Below the pieces are notes generated by a model. The model searched no databases and was not told where the DNA came from. It worked only from the letters and a program-made list of their open reading frames with translations. Shown here in pieces: positions 15,874-24,273 of a stretch of DNA of 44,394 nt. The stretch's first letter is position 1. Each line of letters begins with the position of its first letter. A program made the translations under genes and the position numbers. Location: positions 1 to 44,394 of the forward strand of contig JBDKGV010000002.1 in assembly GCA_039798005.1 (NCBI GenBank), read 5' to 3'. The DNA is from Fibrobacterota bacterium (lineage in GTDB: Bacteria; Fibrobacterota; Fibrobacteria; UBA5070).

Positions 15874-18378
15874 ATGAGATTTCGCATCTTGACAGCCTTG
15901 GGGCTTGGCCTTGGCCTCTTCGCCATGAGCTCCTGCGACCGCAACAGCGAGCCCGATCCGGTCGTGACGACCACGACGACCGATCCCGGTGGGGGCGGAG
16001 GCGGCAATACCGTCGTCTTCACCACTCCCTCCATCAAGTCCTTCTCGCCGACCCGCGACACTTCGTACGCCTGGCAGGATTCCATCGTCACCTTCAAGGT
16101 GATCTCGGACGCGATCTCACCCAACCTGATTTACGTCAACGGCATCCCCCTGACCCCGATTTCCAACCAAAATTCGGTCGTCAGTGGCACCGTGACCTTG
16201 GCACTGGGCGAGAACAAGCTGCCCATCCGCGTGGTTCGCGCCGGCGACTCCAGCCGTCATGTGGATACTTCCATCACCCTCACGCGTTTGCTGCCCCTTC
16301 CGACATATTCGGTCAAGGACAGCATCTCCTACCAGCCCGTGACCGTGGCCATCAGCGCCCCCGGCAATCTCGGGACCATCCGGTTCACCACCAATGGCCG
16401 TGATCCCGGCTCGAGCGATTCCGCCTACGTGGCGCCTCTGACTTTCAACGGCACCACCACGCTCAAGGCAAGGCTCTTCACCCCCGCCGGAGCCTACAGT
16501 CAGGTCGTCACGCAGACCTATCAGATTTACCACCAGGTCCAGAAGCCCACCTTCACCACGCGCACCGTGGACACGTTCAATACGGTCCTCAAAGTGGCGA
16601 TCAGGCCTGCCAGCAGCACCGACACCATCCGGTACACCACCGATGGCGGCGATCCCACCACCACGTCCCCGATCTACCGGGACAGCATCCTGATCGATCT
16701 CTCCAAGAAGATCAAGGCGGCTTCCTTCAACGGCATGAACAAGCCAAGCGCCGTGGAGTCCACCACCGTGGAACTTCAGGCCCTGCCCCCGGTCTTTTCC
16801 TTGGCGGGAGGCACCTACCGCGTCACCAAGAGCCTGACCTTCAGCACGGCGTCCAACTGCAACATCTACTACACGGTCGATTCCACTCGCCCGGTCTCCA
16901 AGTGGACCTTGGCCACCGCCGCCGCACCCGTGATCATCGACACCAATGTCAAGGTGTGGGCCTACGCCGGCAACCCGGGCTGGACTCCCAGCGCGATCAT
17001 CAGCAACGCCTACGCCTTCGTGACCTCGACACCGACCTTCTCGCTCAAGGCCGGCACCTACGACACCACCCAAACCCTCGTTCTGGCCGACTCGACCGTC
17101 AATTCCTCCGTCCATTACACTCTCGACGGGACAACTCCTGCATGTGAAGGCCCGCAATACGGCGCCCCGCTGACGCTGGATGCCACCACCATGGTCAAGG
17201 TGATCGGTTGCCGCAGCGGCTGGACCTCCAGCAGCGTCGACTCGGCGCTCTACACCTTCAAGATCGCTCCGATCGTGTTCACTCCCGATTCCGGCGTGTA
17301 CGACGGCATTCCGACCATCTCCCTCAAGACCCGATCTCCCGGTGTGAGCTTCTATTACACCATCGATTCGACCACGCCGACTTGGCCGATCAGTGGTTCG
17401 ACCGTGGCTTATGCCGGAGCTTTCCAAATGGGGCGCACCAACTGGTTGCGCGTCGTGGGTGTGCGCAATGGTTGGACCAATTCCGATGTCGCCTCGCGCT
17501 ACTACATCGTCCAAGGCGATACCTTGAAGATCGCCGACTTTGAACGCGGCGGCTACAAGACGCCTTGGGGTGGTGACATCACTCCGTCTGGTTGCGCCAC
17601 CGGCAGCAACAGCACGGGGCAGTTGGGTTGCACCATCACCAAGAACGCCTACCAGTTGCCCGTCCCGGTTCGCGCCGGGGATCCGGTGGAGCTCGGCCAG
17701 TACGTGTCGCGCTTGGACTTCGACCTGCACCCGACCAGCGTTCTTTCCGACTGGGCGGACGGACCGGGCTTTGCCACGATTTCGGCCCAAATTCCCTCCA
17801 GCTACATGGGCCAAGCGCATACGTTGATGTTTTGGGCCCGTTACGAGCCGGGACCCGGCAACACCGTGGCATCGGTTCCCATGGTCGTGGAGTTTGCACA
17901 CAGTGGTTTGGATCAGAGCAATACCGGCTTCACGGACGCCTTTCAGCGGGTCATCGTCTCGTTGGACACCGTCTGGCGGCCGTACACGTTCCAATTCGGC
18001 GCCTTCTGGTATCCGCACTATGCGATCGCAAGGATTGCTGACTCCACGAACGACAACCCCAAGCTCAAGAGCTGGATCGACATCTCGAATGGCCCAGCAG
18101 ACCCGGGCAGGGCATCGAACATGGTCGATCTTGGCTTGAGCAAGTGGTGGGGCAACACCATCCACTCAGGGAACACCAACATCGACTGGTTGTACAACGT
18201 GAATCGAGATCTCGGCTTCAACAAGGGTACGATCACCAAATTCCGCTGGTCGGTCCTTCAGCCATCGACCCAAGCCGCGGGCCTCGGGGCGAACCAGACC
18301 ACAGGCATGGCGCCCACATTCCGAGGCGCTCTGCTCTTGGACAGACTGCAGGTCTTGAGGTCGACCACGAAGAACTGA
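15874..18378 (+). CDS. Surface lipoprotein with five chitobiase/beta-hexosaminidase C-terminal (Fn3-associated) repeats and a C-terminal CBM11/CIA30-like domain
   Basis: Lipobox AMSS-C; five ~80-aa repeats with (Y/F)TxD/NG..P cores; C-terminal IADFE...LMFWAR...WRPYTFQF...LDRLQV jelly-roll pattern. Confidence 0.82.
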   Translation: MRFRILTALGLGLGLFAMSSCDRNSEPDPVVTTTTTDPGGGGGGNTVVFTTPSIKSFSPTRDTSYAWQDSIVTFKVISDAISPNLIYVNGIPLTPISNQNSVVSGTVTLALGENKLPIRVVRAGDSSRHVDTSITLTRLLPLPTYSVKDSISYQPVTVAISAPGNLGTIRFTTNGRDPGSSDSAYVAPLTFNGTTTLKARLFTPAGAYSQVVTQTYQIYHQVQKPTFTTRTVDTFNTVLKVAIRPASSTDTIRYTTDGGDPTTTSPIYRDSILIDLSKKIKAASFNGMNKPSAVESTTVELQALPPVFSLAGGTYRVTKSLTFSTASNCNIYYTVDSTRPVSKWTLATAAAPVIIDTNVKVWAYAGNPGWTPSAIISNAYAFVTSTPTFSLKAGTYDTTQTLVLADSTVNSSVHYTLDGTTPACEGPQYGAPLTLDATTMVKVIGCRSGWTSSSVDSALYTFKIAPIVFTPDSGVYDGIPTISLKTRSPGVSFYYTIDSTTPTWPISGSTVAYAGAFQMGRTNWLRVVGVRNGWTNSDVASRYYIVQGDTLKIADFERGGYKTPWGGDITPSGCATGSNSTGQLGCTITKNAYQLPVPVRAGDPVELGQYVSRLDFDLHPTSVLSDWADGPGFATISAQIPSSYMGQAHTLMFWARYEPGPGNTVASVPMVVEFAHSGLDQSNTGFTDAFQRVIVSLDTVWRPYTFQFGAFWYPHYAIARIADSTNDNPKLKSWIDISNGPADPGRASNMVDLGLSKWWGNTIHSGNTNIDWLYNVNRDLGFNKGTITKFRWSVLQPSTQAAGLGANQTTGMAPTFRGALLLDRLQVLRSTTKN

Positions 18379-18400
18379 CAACCAATCGCTCCTGTTTGCA

Positions 18401-18435
18401 AAGCCCCAATCCTCACGGACTGGGGCTTTTTTGTT
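18401..18435 (+). terminator. Intrinsic terminator
   Basis: AAGCCCCAATCC-TCAC-GGACTGGGGCTT followed by a T tract. Confidence 0.8.
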
Positions 18436-18520
18436 GCGCTCTGGTCGGAAGTTTGAGACCTTGTATCTTCTAGGCATTGCATCACGCATCCTTTTCACAG
18501 TCACACAGGAGTCAATTCTC

Positions 18521-19102
18521 ATGGCAGTTCTCGTAGGCAAGTCCGCTCCCGATTTTTCCGTCAAGGCCGTCAAGGCCGGTGAAGTCATCGAGAATTTCTC
18601 GTTGTCGCAGTTCAAGGGCAAGTATGTCGTGCTGTTCTTCTACCCGCTGGACTTCACCTTCGTTTGCCCCACCGAGTTGCATGAATTCCAGGCCAAGCTT
18701 GCCGAATTCGAGGCGCTGGGCGCTCAAGTCATCGGAGCTTCCACCGATTCCTGGTTCTCGCACGCCGCTTGGCTTGAGACCCCCAAGAAGGTCGGCGGCA
18801 TCCAGGGCGTGACCTACCCCATCATCTCCGACTTCAACAAGACCGTTGCGGCCGACTACGACGTGCTCCTGCCCGGCGGCATGGCCTTGCGCGGCACCTT
18901 CATCATCGATCAGGCTGGCGTGGTCCAGTCCCAGATCGTCAACAACCTGCCGCTGGGCCGCAACATCGACGAGACGCTGCGCACCCTGAAAGCCCTTCAG
19001 TTCACCGAGAAGTTCGGCGAAGTGTGCCCGGCCAACTGGAACGAAGGCGCCAAGTCCATGAAGCCCAGCTCCGAAGGTCTCAAGACCTTCTTCGGTGACT
19101 GA
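18521..19102 (+). CDS. ahpC: Typical 2-Cys peroxiredoxin (AhpC/TSA)
   Basis: FYPLDFTFVCPTE and GEVCPANW; AGGAG RBS before ATG 18521. Confidence 0.95.
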   Translation: MAVLVGKSAPDFSVKAVKAGEVIENFSLSQFKGKYVVLFFYPLDFTFVCPTELHEFQAKLAEFEALGAQVIGASTDSWFSHAAWLETPKKVGGIQGVTYPIISDFNKTVAADYDVLLPGGMALRGTFIIDQAGVVQSQIVNNLPLGRNIDETLRTLKALQFTEKFGEVCPANWNEGAKSMKPSSEGLKTFFGD

Positions 19103-19162
19103 GAGCGCTTCGCCGGATTCGAGGTGCCGTGAAAGGCGCCTTGAACCGTGATCGTACGATCG

Positions 19163-19199
19163 GCCCGTTCCACAAGTCTTGTGGAGCGGGTTTTTCTTT
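19163..19199 (+). terminator. Intrinsic terminator after ahpC
   Basis: GCCCGTTCCACAA...TTGTGGAGCGGG followed by TTTTTCTTT. Confidence 0.8.
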
Positions 19200-19332
19200 G
19201 GAGTGCGTTGTTGCCTCATGCCTCCAAAGCGGCCGCATTGACCCCGAAGGGTATTGGTCTCACGGCTCTGGAGAGAAGTTGCGACCGGGACGGAACTAGA
19301 TTTGCGCCCTTCACTTGTCTTGAGGAGCACGA

Positions 19333-19986
19333 ATGTTTGCCATGCCCATCACCCTGGTCGCCTTCGACTTGGAAACCACCGGCCTTTCCAACCAGAACGA
19401 TGACATCATCGAGGTGGGCGCCGTGAAGTTCCAGCTGGTGAACAAGGGCAAGGGGCTGGAAGTGGTTGAAAAGGGTACTTTCGAGAGCTTCATCAAGCCG
19501 GATCGGCTGATCCCGCCCGAGGCGACCCGCGTCAACCACATCACCAATGAGATGGTCGAAAACGCGCCGCTTGCCAAGGACGTCCTTCCGACCTTCCTGC
19601 GCTTCTGTGGGCAGTCCTCGATCCTGGTGGCCCACAACGGGCATTCCTTCGACGGTCCGTTCCTGGCGAAGGTGCTGGCGCGCAAGGGGTTGCCGGTGCC
19701 CAAGCTCCCCATCCTGGACTCCCTCAAGCTTTCCCGCAACTTCATGCCGGAATCGGGTTCGCACAAGCTGGGTGAGATCGCCGCCCGCTTCATTGCGGCC
19801 GGTGAGATCAACATGACCTTGAACCAAGCCGACCTTCACCGCGCCCTCTACGACTGCCGGGTGCTAGCCGAAGTCACGGCACGCCTGTTGGTGCGCGCCA
19901 TCCCCGAAAAGGACCTCGCCCTGGACAAGTTCGCCAAGGCCCTGGACCGCGCCAAGCCGGGAATGCTTACCACGATGGGTGCTTGA
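19333..19986 (+). CDS. DEDDh 3'-5' exonuclease (DNA polymerase III epsilon-like)
   Basis: FDLETTG, VAHNGHSFD and HRALYDC motifs; GAGGAG RBS. Confidence 0.9.
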   Translation: MFAMPITLVAFDLETTGLSNQNDDIIEVGAVKFQLVNKGKGLEVVEKGTFESFIKPDRLIPPEATRVNHITNEMVENAPLAKDVLPTFLRFCGQSSILVAHNGHSFDGPFLAKVLARKGLPVPKLPILDSLKLSRNFMPESGSHKLGEIAARFIAAGEINMTLNQADLHRALYDCRVLAEVTARLLVRAIPEKDLALDKFAKALDRAKPGMLTTMGA

Positions 19987-20036
19987 TCTGATGGCAAATG
20001 CTAGCGGGGATTTTGAAAAACTGCCGACGGAAGGCC

Positions 20037-20185
20037 ATGAGAATCATTGCCAAACGAACTTGGAATCCCTCGCTGCGGTGCGGCTTGTCGAGAGTTCCCG
20101 AGCGAGTCTTGCTCTCAAGGGAGGGCGAACACACGCAGATGTTGCTGATCGAGCCCACCGCAAACTTGCGGATCGTCTTGGCTGA
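20037..20185 (+). pseudogene. Possible degenerate higBA toxin-antitoxin remnant
   Basis: MRIIAKRT (HigB-like start) at 20037; in another frame ESSRASLALKGGR...HRKLADRLG (HigA C-terminal HTH-like). Confidence 0.3.
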
Positions 20186-20250
20186 TTCCGTTGGAATCGC
20201 GCGGGCGGGCGAATATCTTTCCTGCCTCAATCATTTTCTTGGAGACAACG

Positions 20251-20535
20251 ATGGTCAAGGTGAACGAGTACTTCGAGGGCAAGGTCAAGTCGCTTTCCGT
20301 GGAGAACTCCGCGGGCAAGCAGACCGTGGGCGTGATGGTGGCTGGCGAGTACGAGTTCGGCACCGGCTCCGCCGAGGAGATGACCCTGGTCTCGGGCGCC
20401 TGGGAGCTTCAGATCCCCGGTGTGGACGGCGGCTTCAAGGCCTATGCCGTGGGCGTGACGGCCAACATCCCGGCCAACTCCAAATTCCAGCTCAAGATCC
20501 TCGAGACCAGCGCGTACCTCTGCCGCTTCGAGTGA
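20251..20535 (+). CDS. ppnP: Pyrimidine/purine nucleoside phosphorylase (DUF1255/YaiE)
   Basis: MVKVNEYFEGKVKSL...TVGVMVAGEYEFGT...EEMTLVSG...YLC; GGAGA RBS. Confidence 0.93.
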   Translation: MVKVNEYFEGKVKSLSVENSAGKQTVGVMVAGEYEFGTGSAEEMTLVSGAWELQIPGVDGGFKAYAVGVTANIPANSKFQLKILETSAYLCRFE

Positions 20536-20540
20536 GCTTC

Positions 20541-20555
20541 TGACAGATTCTGTCA
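20541..20555. promoter_or_regulatory. Best copy of the dispersed 15-bp palindrome TGACAGATTCTGTCA (putative protein-binding site)
   Basis: Related copies start at 6522, 6953, 7893, 8985, 10846, 14503 and 15698. Confidence 0.55.
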
Positions 20556-20558
20556 AAC

Positions 20559-20595
20559 AGGGCGGCGGCTCCACGGGCCGTCGCCCTTTGTCTTT
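20559..20595 (+). terminator. Intrinsic terminator after ppnP
   Basis: AGGGCGGCGGCT...GGCCGTCGCCCT stem followed by TTGTCTTT. Confidence 0.65.
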
Positions 20596-20625
20596 CCGGG
20601 CGTGACCGCCCAGCGAGGATGCACC

Positions 20626-21036
20626 ATGAAAAAGGACGAGCGAAACCACTGCCCGGTGTGCGGCTGGAACGGCCTGACGGTCCCGGCCTACGCGAACCTC
20701 GCCGAGGCCAAGGTGGACTATGCGGCCAAGCCTCCCTATGCGGCCCTGTACGGCGAGCCGTCCTTCGAGATGTGCCTGTGCTGCGGCTACGAGTTCGGCT
20801 ATCACGACGATCCCGAGAGCGGCAAGCCCGTGAGCTTCTCGGAGCATCTCAAGAACTGGATGGCCGAGGGCACCCCGTGGTATGACGACGCCCGCGAACC
20901 GGGAGGCTGGCGCATCCAGGACCAGTTGCGGGGCAAGGGAATCCCCGAGCCGGGGCGCGCCCAGCACCAGCAGAAGGCCAAGTCCGAGAAGACCCGCGCG
21001 CCCAAGCCCCGCCACGGCGGCATCGAGAACGAATAA
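20626..21036 (+). CDS. Cys-rich (CPVC...CLCC) zinc-finger-like hypothetical protein
   Basis: CPVCGW...PSFEMCLCCGYEFGYHDD...W...W; strong GC3 codon bias; GAGGA RBS. Confidence 0.75.
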   Translation: MKKDERNHCPVCGWNGLTVPAYANLAEAKVDYAAKPPYAALYGEPSFEMCLCCGYEFGYHDDPESGKPVSFSEHLKNWMAEGTPWYDDAREPGGWRIQDQLRGKGIPEPGRAQHQQKAKSEKTRAPKPRHGGIENE

Positions 21037-21045
21037 GGAGAGATC

Positions 21046-22275
21046 ATGCTGTCTGCACGCGAACAACTCGACATCCTCAAGCGCGGCGTCCTGGAACTCA
21101 TCGACGAGAAGGACCTGCTGGCCAAGCTCGAGAAGAGCGTGGCGACGGGCAAACCCCTGCGCATCAAGCTGGGCGTCGACCCGACCGCTCCCGATATCCA
21201 CCTGGGCTTCACGGTGGTGATGCGCAAGCTTCGTCAGTTCCAGGATCTGGGCCACCAGGTGATCCTGATCGTGGGCGACTACACCGCCACGGTGGGCGAT
21301 CCGTCGGGCAAGTCCAAGACCCGCGCACGCCTCACCCACGAGCAGGTGCTCCAGAACGCCGAGACCTACAAGGAACAGTTCTTCCGCATCGTCGATCGCG
21401 ACAAGACCGAGGTGGTCTACAACGGCGAGTGGTTCGGGAAGATCTCGTTCGACAAGGTCACCGAACTGATGTCGCGCATCACCGTGGCGCAGATGCTGGA
21501 ACGACAGGACTTCCAGAACCGCCATGCCGCCGGCAACCCCATCTCCCTGCACGAGTTCCTCTATCCCCTCATGCAGGGGTTGGATTCCGTGATGATCGAG
21601 GCCGACGTGGAGCTGGGCGGCACCGACCAGAAGTTCAACGTGCTGCGCGGTCGTGAGCTTCAGCGCGACGCGGCCCTGTGCGAGGTCTTCGGAAAGCCGC
21701 TGCAGGAGCCTCAAGTCGGGCTCTTCATGCCCATCCTGCTGGGCACTTGCGGCAACGAGAAGATGTCCAAGTCGCTGGGCAATTACGTGGGCATCACCGA
21801 GGCCCCGCAGGTCATGTACCACAAGATATACAGCATCCCCGATACGCAGTGCGAGAGCTGGACCACGCTTCTCACGGACCTGCCTTTGGCGCAGATCGAG
21901 GACTGGAAGGCGCGCGTGACCCAGGATGGGGCGGCCATCCGGCAATGGAAGGCATGGCTTGCCGGGGAGATCGTGCGGCAGTACCACGGGGAGGCGGCGT
22001 CCAAGGATGCTGCGGAGCGTGAGGCGGCGGTCCATCGCGGCGATGCGCTTCCGGAGGATACGCCTACGGTAGAGCTTGCGGCAGGCATTTCCGTCGTGGA
22101 TGCGCTGGTGGCGGTCGGTGCGGTGGCAAGCAAAGGCGAAGGGCGCAAGCTCATCCAGAACGGTGGTGTGTCGCTTTCGGGCGACAAGGTCAGCGATCCA
22201 CAAGTCCCCATTGGAGCGGGAGAGTGGGTTTTGAAGGCCGGCAAGCGCAAGTTCTGGACATTGCAGGTGGCTTGA
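21046..22275 (+). CDS. tyrS: Tyrosine--tRNA ligase
   Basis: KLGVDPTAPDIHLG, YPLMQGLDS, ELGGTDQKFN, KMSKSLGN and a C-terminal S4 domain. Confidence 0.96.
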   Translation: MLSAREQLDILKRGVLELIDEKDLLAKLEKSVATGKPLRIKLGVDPTAPDIHLGFTVVMRKLRQFQDLGHQVILIVGDYTATVGDPSGKSKTRARLTHEQVLQNAETYKEQFFRIVDRDKTEVVYNGEWFGKISFDKVTELMSRITVAQMLERQDFQNRHAAGNPISLHEFLYPLMQGLDSVMIEADVELGGTDQKFNVLRGRELQRDAALCEVFGKPLQEPQVGLFMPILLGTCGNEKMSKSLGNYVGITEAPQVMYHKIYSIPDTQCESWTTLLTDLPLAQIEDWKARVTQDGAAIRQWKAWLAGEIVRQYHGEAASKDAAEREAAVHRGDALPEDTPTVELAAGISVVDALVAVGAVASKGEGRKLIQNGGVSLSGDKVSDPQVPIGAGEWVLKAGKRKFWTLQVA

Positions 22276-22332
22276 GCCGTTGCAAGTCCTTGTGAGTCAA
22301 AGAGTCGTGATCTGCCCCCTCACGGCGCAAAG

Positions 22333-22350
22333 TCTGTGATCCGTCACAGA
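22333..22350. promoter_or_regulatory. Inverted repeat TCTGTGA-TCCG-TCACAGA upstream of the PPIase-obgE operon
   Basis: Perfect 7-bp arms just upstream of a TAGATT -10-like box. Confidence 0.45.
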
Positions 22351-22434
22351 ATGTTGCTAGATTGGGCGCCTTTCTGCACCGTTCAAGCGACAGGTGTGGG
22401 TTCAACGTCTTTTCCGGGAGTGGCCTAAGCCCGT

Positions 22435-24255
22435 ATGCTGAACACAATTCGTGAAAACGCCAAGTGGTTCGTCGCTGTCCCGATCGTTTGCTTCGGTGCT
22501 CTGATCTTCGTGGACTGGGGAATGAACCCCGGCAATGGCATGACCCAGAAGAACACCGTGGGCGAGGTCGATGGCGAGAAGCTTTCCTTCGAAGCCTTCA
22601 ATCAGGAAGTCGAAGCCCAGGCGAAGCAAGCCACCGGTGAAGGCCGGGAGCTGGAGGCTCTGCAGTACGCTGAGATCCGTGCGAACGTCTTCGAGACCTT
22701 CGTTCGCCTCAAGCTCAGCCAAGCCGATTTCGAGAAGTACAGCCTTTCGGGCAGTCCGATCGAAGTGCTGGAGCACCTGAAGAACAATCCTCCTCCTGGA
22801 GCCGAGAAGGCCCCCATCTTCATGGGTCCCGACTCGCAGTTCAGCCGTCCCAAGTACCTCCAGTGGCTTGCCACTCCGAAGGTCTTTGACGACCCGTACA
22901 TGCAGGCGATGGAAGCGCAGCTCACCACGACGACCATTCCGGAACGTCAGATCAGCCATCTGCTGGCGGCGGCTCAGCCGATCAGCGATCTGGAGATCCG
23001 CTTCCGTGCGAAGCTGGACCGCTCCAAGCTGTGGGCGACCTTCCTGATGGTCACGACCGATTCCTTCATGGTCGATCCTTCCACGGTGACGGATGCCGAG
23101 ATGAAGAAGTGGTTCGAAAGCCATCCCGACACCTTGTGGCACAGCAAGTCGGCGGCGATCGCTCCTTATGTCACGCTTTCCAAGGCCGCATCGAAGGCCG
23201 ACTCCGCCTACGCCAAGGCTCAGGCCGACTCGGTGTATGCCATGGCCACGGCGGGACAGAACTTTGAGGAACTGGCTCGCAACTACTCCGAGGATCCCGG
23301 TTCCGCCAAGCAGGGCGGTGATCTGGGTGGATTCCAGAGCCTCAAGCGCTGGGTTCCCGAGTTCGGAACGGCCGCACGATCCTTGGATTCGGGCAAGATC
23401 TCGACTCCGATCCAGAGCCCCTTCGGTTGGCATGTGATCCTGTCCAAGGGTCGCAAGATCGAGAATGCCGATACCCTGTACGCATTGTCCCATGTGCTGA
23501 TCGGTGTCCAGACCAGTCCTGAGACCATCGATTCGCTCAAGCTCGTTGCCGAGAACCTGCGCAAGCTGGTCAAGGCCGGATCGACCTTTGGAGAAGCGGC
23601 ATCGAAGTTCGGCCTCAAGATCGATACCACCGAGGCCTTGACCGAAGGCACCAAGAGCAGCCTTGCTTCCGGGTTCGTGCCCGGGATCAACGCCTACCTC
23701 TTCAACAGCGACGAAGGGGTCAGCGAAGTCCTTGAAAACCGCACCGCAGTCCATGTGGTCGGTCGTGGCAAGGTCTTCGAGCCGGGCCGCCACTTCGAGC
23801 TGGACAAGAAGGCCCTTCGTGACATCGTTGTGGCGGAGAAGGCCGTTGCCGGTGCCAAGGCATGGATCGAAGGTCTTCGGACCAAGGCGATCGCCTGCGA
23901 CACCGCCAAGGCTTGCTTGAACGGCTTGGGGCGTGTCTACACCCAAGTCTTCGAAGGCCGTCCGCTTTCGACCTTCATCGAAGGCTTCGGATACTCCTCT
24001 CCTGAACTGGTCCGCCTTTGGAAGACTGCCAAGGCGAAGGAATGGACCGCCGTGGTTGGTGGCAAGACCACTGCCGGCATGATGCGGATGGATTCCAGCC
24101 GCACCGTGACTCAAGCGGACGAGGACAAGATGGTGGCGGATGCCCGCCCCTTGGCTCTGCGTCTGCGCAGCCGTGGCGTGACCCAGAATTGGTATGCATG
24201 GCGCAAGAGCCTTGCCAAGGTCGAGAATCATCTCGACCGCTATTTCCGCGATTGA
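22435..24255 (+). CDS. SurA/PpiD-like parvulin peptidyl-prolyl isomerase
   Basis: N-terminal TM anchor, SurA_N-like region, parvulin FEELARNYSEDPGSAKQGGDLG...SPFGWHVI. Confidence 0.88.
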   Translation: MLNTIRENAKWFVAVPIVCFGALIFVDWGMNPGNGMTQKNTVGEVDGEKLSFEAFNQEVEAQAKQATGEGRELEALQYAEIRANVFETFVRLKLSQADFEKYSLSGSPIEVLEHLKNNPPPGAEKAPIFMGPDSQFSRPKYLQWLATPKVFDDPYMQAMEAQLTTTTIPERQISHLLAAAQPISDLEIRFRAKLDRSKLWATFLMVTTDSFMVDPSTVTDAEMKKWFESHPDTLWHSKSAAIAPYVTLSKAASKADSAYAKAQADSVYAMATAGQNFEELARNYSEDPGSAKQGGDLGGFQSLKRWVPEFGTAARSLDSGKISTPIQSPFGWHVILSKGRKIENADTLYALSHVLIGVQTSPETIDSLKLVAENLRKLVKAGSTFGEAASKFGLKIDTTEALTEGTKSSLASGFVPGINAYLFNSDEGVSEVLENRTAVHVVGRGKVFEPGRHFELDKKALRDIVVAEKAVAGAKAWIEGLRTKAIACDTAKACLNGLGRVYTQVFEGRPLSTFIEGFGYSSPELVRLWKTAKAKEWTAVVGGKTTAGMMRMDSSRTVTQADEDKMVADARPLALRLRSRGVTQNWYAWRKSLAKVENHLDRYFRD

Positions 24256-24273
24256 TTGAAAGGCGGCACCTGA

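Noticed and set aside
16290-17510. Possible DNA tandem repeats or CRISPR-like array
   Set aside because: The repeats are diverged protein domains with no identical DNA repeat-spacer structure.
19333-21036. Exonuclease + ppnP + zinc-finger gene as an anti-phage system
   Set aside because: The genes are separated by a long gap and a terminator, have host-like codon usage, and the first two have ordinary housekeeping roles.
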